Assembly (NCBI GenBank): GCA_964016885.1
Contig: OZ024743.1
Span: 120,156,001 to 120,220,000 of the forward strand
Length of the DNA stretch: 64,000 bases
Direction: 5' to 3'
DNA from: Eledone cirrhosa
Lineage: Eukaryota
The translations under genes were made by a program, and so were the position numbers. The notes under the pieces are model-generated. The model saw only the letters and a list, made by a program, of their open reading frames with translations, made no database searches and was not told the origin of the DNA. Positions within the stretch are counted from its first letter, which is position 1, and each line of letters begins with the position of its first letter. Below, one piece after another: positions 51,101-61,018 of this stretch.

Positions 51101-54100
51101 TAAGTCAGTTGTTGATTAAAAAAAAATCAATAAATTGTGTGTATTGACACATATATTATTAATTATAACTTTGGTTAATTAATATTTGCTAATTGTATCC
51201 CAGTCATAAATATGCCATCCTAGGTAGAAATCCACAATAAGGTCATTACTTTTATTGATGAGTTTAACCCTTTAGCATTTAAATTACTCGCCAGGTGGTG
51301 CTATTAAGTTAGACATGGCCTGGGCCAATATTGGCCGAAACCTATCAAAGTTATCAAAGTTATATAGTACTATATTTTCATGATAAAGGATGTATCTCAC
51401 AAAATTATCTGACATAATATTGAATTGGTGAGATTTTGATATTTATTTTGAGAACAATACCTTAACATCAGTATGAGCGGCCAGTTATGGCCTGTTTGAA
51501 CAGAAAGAGGTGAGAGAATTCTAGCCGGATACGGCTGGTTTAAATGCTAAAGGGTTAATGTAGATGCTTAATAGCCTTCAGGTTTTCACTAATCAAACAA
51601 GCCTATGGTTTAAGACATTCCAGCTATGACCATCCCATCCCATTTTTCTTTTCAGGAATAGAATATTTAATATAAGACTACATTACCCAATGTGTCAGTC
51701 CTTTTTTGCAAGACAGTAGGGTGTGCTGTGGTGTATTTGGTTGCTATTTCTATATTAAAGGTGAAAACTAGATCTCTGTACTCAGACTACTATTAAAAAT
51801 ATATTTTACATATGATCCTTCATAGAAGAGTTCAACATTATGCAATGTTTTGGCATTGTTTAAGGCATTAAGGTGTTTCTAGCTTGACAAATGAATATAT
51901 AAGTTAATGTTGTTTAAACCTAAGTCAGCACTGATGAAGCAGACTTATGATTAAAGACATTCCATGAGTAACTCATCTGGGTTTTTTTAAGTTTTTTTCT
52001 TCTTTTTTTTTAGTAGGCATACTATATCTAGGACATTATCCAATATGTCAGCAGTGATTTGTGTTAGACAAACACATCTCTAAAATTATCAAGAAGGCCA
52101 GGGTTGTCTTAGCATCACTCAGTAAGACCTTTGTCAGCCACTCTCCAGCTATCAATTTAAAGCTGTATATAGCCATCGTGCAGCCACACTTAGAATTTAC
52201 ATCACCAGTCTGGAACCCCATCTTGCTCAGAATATTGACCATCTGGAACTGTTCAGAGACATCCAACCAAACTAATACCCTCCATCAGGCATTTACCATA
52301 CTCTGAACGCCTTGCTTCCCTGGGCATGGATACATTAAAGCTCTGACGTTTGGCAATTGACTTGGTAGACATCCACAAAATTATTAACCATCTTTCCAAC
52401 GACAACCCTGAGCACCTTTTTGAATTCCATGTGTCTAATACCTGTGGACATGCTTACAAATTCAGAAAACAGCACAGCTCCCATGACTTTCGGAAACATT
52501 TTTTCATGCTCAGAGTTGCTGAAGCATGGCACAAACTACCTACATCAGTTGTTAGCTGTCGAGACACTGCATCCTTCAAAATTTCCATGCCTCCCGAAAT
52601 TCGCTAACACTACACCTGATATTACCCCACCACCCCCACCCCATACACAAGCAAGCATGTATCTGTGTGTATATCATGACTTATACACTGTTCACTTTCC
52701 TGCCATTTGTACATTATTCTCTGTACTATACATGCCGCTTTAATGAGTTGTAGTGCACCCGAGCACTGTACACAATAATTTTCATTGTCATCATTACTAT
52801 TTTATTATTATATGTCCTTCACTTTTTGTTAAAAACAATAGAGTAATATGAGGGAGATTTCAGCAGCTATTACTAGCAGTGATCACATTACTAAATCCGT
52901 CCAAAATTTTTATTATTTTCAAAATGAGTTGAAAGTTATAGGCAGTGTTTTTTCATTAGGAATATGCTAAGAAAATGGTTAGCATAGATGCAGATTCTCT
53001 GTGATATATGCAACAGTCAATTTTACACTGAAATACACTACACTAACAGTGTAAAATTTCTTAATCATCAACTAGAAACATGTATTTCCATCTATTGTTC
53101 GTAGAATTCTTTAGGAGAGAGGTGCAGTTTTATATTCAATTTCCTATTTTAACATAGTATGTATCCTGTAAAGTTATACATTTGCATACTATGAGAGCAA
53201 AAACAAATTTATAAAAAGTTAATGAAAAGTAACTTAACCCTTTTTGCCCCACACTTAGTTCGGATATAAAACTTTTCATTTTAAAATGTTTAAAATATTC
53301 AAATTAAAAACCCTCAATCATAATTTCAAGTAAATATTTTTATTAAAATATATTCCAAACAGATATTTGATAATGACAAAAGTTATTTATTTTACTAAAT
53401 CTCATTTAATTCTTGATTTATTCCAAAATTAATTGAAACAGTGTATTTCATTAGAAATAAGGTCACAAACAAGTTACGAAAAAGGAGAACTTCTTACCTA
53501 AACATGAGTATCCTGCAGCAGATGAAGCTAAACCTGCTGCAACAGGAAAGTTATTCTCAGAGCAAATATGAAAATTCCAGTTTAACATTTCCTCTCTGTT
53601 AGCTTTGCCACTTTTCTCACCATTGCACCGAAAGGCTCGATGCTTGACTGAAAAAAACATAAATACACATAGGTGTATTAAATATATGTATGATGTATGA
53701 TATGGGGGAGGGGTGCATGTGTGGCTGTGTAAAATTGCCAGCTAGCCACTATAGCTTACTATAGAAAATCCAGGTTAACAAATGTAATCCTATTGATTTA
53801 AACCTGTTCTCTCAATCATTGTAATTTTAGTCCAAGACTTAGCATAGATTCAAAACCCAAAAACTCATTTTCTCACTTAAGCATACCAAATGTGTAGATC
53901 ATATTTTTGTAAAAGCGTAAATTTTATTGTGTAGAGTAATTTATTGTGTAAATGTGTAATCATATTTGTAAACATATATTTCAAGTTAGTTTCCTTAAAC
54001 CAATTCCTGATCCCTCAAAAGTTGTAATCTTATTTCCTAGACATAGCGTAAATTCAAAACCCTAAACATATCAAATGTGTAGATCGTATTTTTGTGGTGA

Positions 54101-57100
54101 CTAGAAACATCTGAGTGACAAGACAATACAAAAACAAACAATACACAAAAGAACCTATCACCCGATTATCACCAAACAGTTGTATGGTCACCTTATCCCT
54201 AAAACCCAGGGAAAGAGAAAGACACTCATGCAGCCCCCTCTCCATTAAGTGTGGAATCTCAGATTTTCCACTATAAATGTCGGAACAATGAAAGATAAGT
54301 GTAGTGAGAGTGTAGAGATGTTAGAAAGGAGACAAGTAGATGTGCACTGTTAGCAAGAAGTAAGGTGGAGAGGTGCTTCGGCCAGATTCATCGCAGGCAA
54401 AGAACGGTAAAATTTCTTCTGGTAGGGTAGCAATAATGGGGTGGGTAGAGTAAGTATACTCCTAGCTGAAAGATGGGTAGACCAGATAATTGAGGTAGTC
54501 AGAATGTGTGATAGAATTAAAAAACCTTACATTAGTCATTGACAATACAGCAGCTACTATATTGTCAGTATATGCTCCACAAGCTGGACTTCCAGACAAG
54601 CAGAAAGACCTCTTCTATGAGGTCCTCCTGCAGACTACCTCAATGACAAATGACAATGATCTCATTATTATATCTGACAACTTCAACAGATATGTTGGGA
54701 AACACCATGATAGATTTCCTGGTGTACATGGAGGCTACAGTACAAGAAATGAGGGGATCTAGGCTTCTGGAATTCTGTGATGCTCTCGACCTAACCATCT
54801 GCAACAGAAACTTCAAGAAACCTGTCAGCCACCTGATCACTTACCAATCAGGTGGATACACAAACCAAATAAACTTCATTCTCACCAGAAAATGAGACAG
54901 ACAAACGGTTGTAAATGCCAAGTCCTTTCCTGGGGAGGAATGTAGCTCCGAACATAGATTAGTTGTCAGTGACTTTAGAGTAAGGGTAGACCAAGAGACA
55001 AAGAAGGAAGACATGGAAGCTGAGAGCATATTGTGTAGGTAAGAAATTCAGAGAGATGTTACTTGATGCCTATGACAGTAAGGAAGAGGAATTAGAGACA
55101 AATTAGAGAATAAAGACATATAGAGAAAAATTCTGAATTTCAACAGGACAATCTGCTAGAAGCCACAATACAGGTTTGCATCTGGAGCAAGGTCCCAGCA
55201 AGATAGAGAGTGACATGGTGGTTGAATGATTAAGTAGAAAGAGCCATAAAAACAAAAAGACAAGCCTGGAGAGACTGGAGGAATAGAGAAGACAGAGAGT
55301 AATACCAAGCAGCTCAAAGAGAGGCCAGGTGCCAATTACATCCAGTAAAGGGGACAGGCAAAAAAGAAGTTTGCACATGTTCTGCATCATAAGGATCAGA
55401 GGCATGAAGTGTTCCAGATGTGAGACAGTGTGCTAGAGAAAATCATGATGTGATTAGGGAAAAGTGAGTCCGAAATTGTAGTGGAGCACTTACCCTATCT
55501 GGCTTGCCCTGATAAGAATGAGGCAGAGAAGACTTACTATGAGAAGCTGCTGAATGGGGAAAATAAATAGGATAGTGAGGGCCTACCTCATGCCAACCCA
55601 ACTGAGGGGCCAGCCATAAAAGTTGACAGCAGTGTGATAGATAAAGCAGTTAAGTATATGAAAGTAGGGAAGGCAGCTGGACTATCCAGTATAGTGAGTG
55701 AGATACTAAAAGCATCTGGCATGGTAGGCTACGAGCTAGTCAGACACATAGTTAACCAAGTAGCACAGAATGGTGTTATACCCAATGACTTGTGCAACAG
55801 TATAATTGGGCAAGGGAGATGCATTAAAGAGAAGTAACTACAAAAGCATCAAGTTGGTGGACCAGGTCATGAAAGTTGCTGAAAGGGTTATAGCACAACT
55901 ACTTAGGGACAAAATTAAGTAAGATGAGATGCAGTTTGGATTTATGCCAGGTTGCAGTACTATCAATGCCATCTTTCTTGTGAGACAACTACAAGAGAAG
56001 TACTTAGCTAAAAGTAAGCCACTGTGTCTAGCATTTGTAAATCTGACAAGGTTCCACACTCTGCAATCTGGTGAGCACTTAGGGAGCTAGGTGTAGATAA
56101 ATGGCTTGTCAGGGCTATGCAGGCCATGTATAGAGGAGCAACCAAGAGAGTAAGAGTTGGCAATGAGTACAATGATGAATTTGAAGTGCAGGTAGTAGTC
56201 CACCATGGCTCAGTCTTCAGTCGATTCCTGTTTATTATTGTCATTCAGCCCATCACTGAGGAGTTTAAAACTGACACTCCACAGGAGAATCTATATGCTA
56301 ATGACCTAGTTCTCATGGTTGAATCCAGAGGCAAAATTCCCAGCATGGAAGAACCTAAAGTTGAAACTTAGCAAAGATGAAAGAAGACAGTGGTGATACC
56401 ATCAGGGAAGTGTTCTTGTTCAATATGTCAGAAAGGGGTGGACAGGAATTCTATAAGATGCACACAGTGTAATTTATGGACACGCAAGAGATGATGTGAG
56501 ATTGCAGGCAGGCTAATGGAAAAGATAGACTTTGTATGTGGCAGATGCAGGAAGTCATGGGATGAAGTTGTGAAGACTGACTTAAAAAAAAATAAACCTC
56601 ACAACAGAAATGACAAGGGACCTCAAGAGCTGGAGCTATGTTGTGCTGTTGATGACTCATTAGCCTGAATGTAGGGAGCCAAAATACCACAACGCAAGGT
56701 ATTTTTAATCAATGAACCTATTATACCAGCTATTGCCAATATATTTAAACTCATCATTATCAATTTTTATTGACTTTTCCAGACATGTATGGGTTGGACA
56801 AGACATTTCTCCAAGGTGTCACACAGAGATGAAACCATGTAGTTGTGAAGTGTACTTCTTAACCTCCCACTCATGAGTGCCATCTAAAACCATCTCTTCT
56901 TGCCTCTAAATGTAATGCATTTAAGACCATGTTATCCAGTTTTTTCGACAATAAGGTGTGATTTGAGGTTAATTTGGATCAAATAACCCTGTTGAAGCAC
57001 TAGTATTGGCTTGAAATGCATATTGGCATGTCTGTGTCATGGGTTAAAACAAAAAGGAGAATGAGAAGAAAATACAAATGAGAGAGAAGTGAGATGAAAA

Positions 57101-57408
57101 CCTATAATTTAATATCATTGTACTTGAGTGTGTGTGTGTGAGGGGGGGGGGGGGGTTATTCTGCACCAAAAACACACTTGCAAGTTGTGATTCATTTCTT
57201 TATTGTTAATTAATCAGTTTCTTGTGTGAAAATGTATTGGCAGAATAACCTTCCCAAAGTACAACAATGTCTCTTTCAAGAATCTTGTAAAACAAATATA
57301 AAAATCCAATAAATTAATATCATACAACTGAAATTATAACAAGTGTCTTTCAACAACTTACTTTTACGGATAATATTCTGCAATCGCTGATTATCAGGGT
57401 TCTGTTCT
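38070..57408 (-). CDS. MVD: Diphosphomevalonate decarboxylase, 5'-incomplete; exons 57362-57408, 53498-53647, 51023-51077, 47200-47515, 44735-44857, 42030-42191, 39652-39717, 38070-38147
   Basis: Manual splicing gives a continuous frame with GT-AG sites and compatible phases. It contains the MVD/GHMP motifs [59 protein letters not shown] and VGNGP. The N-terminal exons (APVNIAxIKYWGK region) were not found in the window. Confidence 0.96.
39652..39717 (-). CDS. MVD: MVD exon, 66 nt ([22 protein letters not shown])
   Basis: ctttag acceptor, gtatgt donor, phase 0-0; resembles human PTPGGVKYIIVTQ. Confidence 0.85.
42030..42191 (-). CDS. MVD: MVD exon, 162 nt ([15 protein letters not shown]…)
   Basis: ttttag acceptor, gtatgt donor; contains the catalytic-Asp motif YTFDAGPN. 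Confidence 0.95.
43522..43689 (-). mobile_element. SINE family 1 with 17-bp TSD
   Basis: ctgctgtgagaaataat at 43505-43521 and 43690-43706. Confidence 0.92.
44385..44686 (-). mobile_element. tRNA-derived CORE-like SINE, family 2
   Basis: Minus strand reads tggctttgtggttaagg…gagtttgattccc…gtgtccttgagcaagacacttt; plus-strand relatives at 42236-42365 and 50310-50640. Confidence 0.8.
44735..44857 (-). CDS. MVD: MVD exon, 123 nt ([19 protein letters not shown]…RVK)
   Basis: tgtcag acceptor, gtaaaa donor, phase 0-0, conserved motif. Confidence 0.95.
45228..45348. repeat. 40-bp tandem repeat, 3 copies
   Basis: cccagccagaaagcatgtgataaacatgccacctatacaa. Confidence 0.95.
45568..46448 (-). mobile_element. 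Internally deleted Tc1/mariner transposon, DD37D (maT) type
   Basis: TA-flanked TIRs cagggtgtggacgatatttgttcgcaa / ttgcgaacaaatagcgtccgcaccctg; QQD…[12 protein letters not shown] with 37 residues between the Asp residues and one in-frame TGA. Confidence 0.9.
47200..47515 (-). CDS. MVD: MVD exon, 316 nt ([17 protein letters not shown]…FAQICMK)
   Basis: ORF 47167..47487; ctcag acceptor, gtaaat donor. Confidence 0.97.
48412..48638. mobile_element. piggyBac-like MITE (TTAA); further copies at 49915-50144, 51264-51558, 59873-60091
   Basis: TTAA-CCCTTTAGCATTTA / TAAATGCTAAAGGG-TTAA termini and a shared internal sequence. Confidence 0.88.
49026..49207 (+). mobile_element. SINE family 1 with 14-bp TSD
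   Basis: attatctaatgagt at 49010-49023 and 49208-49221. Confidence 0.93.
51023..51077 (-). CDS. MVD: MVD exon, 55 nt ([19 protein letters not shown])
   Basis: ttttag acceptor, gtaagt donor; resembles human YTLARVYGVESDLSEVAR. Confidence 0.92.
52050..52790 (+). mobile_element. CR1/L2-like LINE 3' fragment
   Basis: [19 protein letters not shown]; GH.YK…RKHFF..RV..WHKLP..VV. Confidence 0.8.
53498..53647 (-). CDS. MVD: MVD exon, 150 nt (…[24 protein letters not shown])
   Basis: ttttcag acceptor, gtaag donor, GHMP ATP-binding motif. Confidence 0.96.
54255..56640 (+). mobile_element. Degenerate RTE-clade LINE (APE endonuclease + RT)
   Basis: [14 protein letters not shown]…[19 protein letters not shown] and a Cys-rich segment; same family as 61019-64000. 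Confidence 0.88.
57362..57408 (-). CDS. MVD: MVD exon, 47 nt ([15 protein letters not shown])
   Basis: caacag acceptor and gtaagt donor; resembles human EEDVGQPRLQACLRE; its phase-1 end joins the next exon. Confidence 0.8.
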
Positions 57409-57959
57409 CTGTTGAGATAGAAACAAATTGAGAACTGTTAAAACAATGAATTATGAGGGACTTTGGGGTTAAGATGCTAGACTAGTGACCACATTGTCCT
57501 AAGTTCAGATTTTACAACTACATATAACACCATCATCATCATCATTATTATCATTTAACGTCTGCTTTTCCTGTTAGCAAAGGTTGGATGGATCTACATT
57601 GACTAAGTCAGTACTGAAGCTGGCTACTGACCTTGCAGACAGGCCAGGGAGTCAGCATCTTGCTTACATACAGTCTTGCATTCTACCAAGTGCACAAGAG
57701 AGGTTGTCATGTCTTTGATATAACTGAAGGGTCCTGCAAACCTTTTGTTTGGCAAGCTTTCTATGGCTGGATGCCATTCGTAACATATATATATAAGTAA
57801 GAGTACTGATTTTCCTATATAGGATATGGTAATTCAACACCTCATTGATGTATATAGGCGTGTTGATTATGATCTTGGCTGCATGTACATACTTGTTCCA
57901 ACATGATCGATTGAGTCCATCATGGGTCATTGCTGTTTATGTAGAGACGTGTATATAAC

Positions 57960-59031
57960 CTCTGATACGTTTGCGATGCAGGAAAATATCAAATTTTGTG
58001 TGAAACTCAACAAATCTGCCTCCGAAAAATTTAATTCTTTAACACAAGCTTATGCCACTCTATTGAGAAGTAAGGTTTTTAGGTGACATAAAGCTTTCAA
58101 AGAGGGACAAGAAAAAGATGAACCTCATTCTGGAAGGTCAATCTTGTCAACAAATGAACCAAATATGGAAATGGCATGAGCAGTGATGGGGAAAGATCAC
58201 CAGATTAAGTGTGAGGATGACTGCAGAAAAAATGGGCTTGGATAAAAATGCAGTTCATTGAATTTTAACTGACTATTTGCACGTGATAAATTTGTGCAAA
58301 ACTATTGCCCAAACACTTGTCTGTGGAACAAAAAGCAAACCAGTTAAAAATTTGTCAGGATTTGCAAGAAAAACTAAAAATTGAACCAAATTTTTGGGAT
58401 AAAGTAATAACAGGAAATGAATCATGGGCGTTTGAGTACAATGCAAAGACAAAACAGCAAAGTGGGGAATGGTACAAGAAAAATTCTTCTCGTGCAAAGA
58501 AAGCACACATGAACAGATACAGGGTGAAAATGATGATTATCATTTCCTTCAACAACTTTGGTATTGTTTGCAAAGAATCTTTACCTCCAAGACAGACAGT
58601 TAATTGCACCTTCTATAAAGATGTCTTGGAACAACTTTGAAAACGGGTTCAGGAGATTAGAAACTGCACCATGATAATATACCTGCTCACGCAGCACTTT
58701 CAATTGAGAATTTCTGACAAATAAAAACATTCCCACACTTCCACATCCTCCCGACAGCCCATATCTAGCTCTGTGTCATTTCTACCTCTTCCCTAAGTTG
58801 AAGGGTCATTATTTTGGGACTGTGGAAAACATAAAAAAATTGTAAATAATAAGCTAAGGACACTCACAGAAAATACAGAAAACTTCTGGTATTACGACAA
58901 TCAATGGAAAAAACGTAACCACTGTATGACTTCCCAAGGGTTATATTTTGAAGGAGATAACTTGTAATTTCCTGTATGTCTAATTTACATTTAAATAAAA
59001 CATCAATATGCTTACTTTTGGGACAAACCTT
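57960..59031 (+). mobile_element. Degenerate mariner transposon
   Basis: IKFCVKLNKS, VITGNESWAFEY, HDN.PAH, LPHPP.SP.LA…F.LFPKLK; right-end TIR-like ttacttttgggacaaacct+TA. Confidence 0.85.
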
Positions 59032-60580
59032 ATATATATATATTACTGGCTGACTCAGAGGTAGGAAGGCAGCACACATGTCAGGGCCTCCGATGCTGGT
59101 GAGAAGAAGAAAATTATCCTCAAACTGGAGACCTGGCTCGAATGTTTGCAACAGAATATACTCTGCTAAAGCACACATGAACCAGGTGGTACTCTTAAAC
59201 GAGGCAACAGATTAAGTTATTGTTAAGCCTCTGATCAGCTCTGATGAATTAGACCTATAATCAAAGCATTCCAACCATTAATACCCCCCCCACACACACA
59301 CACACACACTATTTTCAGACAAGGTATCCAAGACTACACTAATATGTCCTCCCATTTATTTTAAGATGGTAAGGTGTAGTTCAAGGTGAATTTAGCAACT
59401 ATTTCTCTATTTGGCCTCTTAGCATGAGAAAGAAAACAAAAACCTATTAAAATTGTTAGCCACGCTTAAAGAATAAGGGGAGATAATTTCAAGAAATTAT
59501 GAACCAATTTTACATAAAATATATTTTTTCTGTTGGTGATGAGGATCTGATCGTTGATAGCAGTTTAAAATGACAGATATAGACAAATTCTGGTCTCATT
59601 AAACCTTATCAGTGAACCGTGGTTTTCACAAGTCATTGCAGTAGAGTGAACGTTGTTAAAAACAACCAGATAGTGGTGTTGAAGTGGGTAACATATCAAA
59701 TTTACCACCAAATTCATTTCACATTGATACTGAACATCAACTAAATCGATCTTCCCAGTGGCCTGCAAGAGAGATGAACTACTGCTCTAGCTTTCATTGG
59801 AATAAATAGTAAAAACAAAACCACTGTTTTAATTCTTATTATTTAAAAGTAATAACTAATGACATCAGTCTCTTAACCCATTAGCATTTACATTACTCTA
59901 TATTTACTATTGTATTTTCATGGTTAACACTTTATTTCACATAATTATCTCACATAATATCAAATCTATGAGATGTTGATATTATTTTTTTTTAGAACAA
60001 TAAGTATGAGCAGCCAGTTATAGCTAGTTTGAACAGAAAGAGGTGACAGAATTCTGGCTGGATACAGCCGGTTTAAATGCTAAAGGGTTAAGAGTAAAAC
60101 GATAAATCTCAAGTATCACAAAAGGTTTCCGAAGAACACCTCATTCACTAACAAAGCATTTTTACATTTGTATTGGAAAAATTGACTGGAGAAGGTTGGA
60201 TGTTATGTCATGGTTAATAGTTCTGAAAACCCAGGCTTCTGCATAGTTGAAGTATGAATTTATACCTGGTTGCACTTCTTAATAATCAGTCAACCACAAA
60301 AATGAGAATGGTTATTATTTCTAAACTGGGCCATTTAAGGCAATATAAGAGCTAATTTATCTGCCAGTTGAGTAATCTAAGTACCTAAAAAAATTAGAAT
60401 ATTAAACAGTTAATATAGAAATATTAGAATATGTTTATGTAATAGAGTATAAGCTGGAGACAGTGGATTATTATATTAAGTCTGAATCCCACCATCGTCA
60501 ACTTTACATTTCATCAGGCAAGATTGATTAGAATTCAGAATTCTCTTCCCCTAAATTTGTGACTCTGTGCCTAAGTTACA

Positions 60581-60642
<62 letters not shown>

Positions 60643-60661
60643 TGTAACTTAAGCACAGCTT

Positions 60662-60692
<31 letters not shown>

Positions 60693-60793
60693 ATATTAAA
60701 ATAACAGATGACAGTTTAAGCAAAGAATCGCTGCTTTCACCCTTAACAGGATCTTCTGAAACTTTGGATTTTAGTCTTCACATTTATTATTAT

Positions 60794-60848
<55 letters not shown>

Positions 60849-61018
60849 GTGTAACTTAGGCACAGCTTTCCTTGGACTAAATAGCAAATATATATATATA
60901 TATATTTCTTTTTTGTCCCAGTGATTTTGTATAAGATCTGCATTCATGCAAATTGGAGACTTATTTCTGTTAGCCAGGTCCTGAAAGCCCTGCTTCCTGC
61001 CATAACAAAAAAGTGGAA

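Noticed and set aside
59565-59768. ORF as a possible upstream MVD exon
   Set aside because: No similarity to the MVD N-terminus (KYWGK, LPxNSSxS, WLNG)
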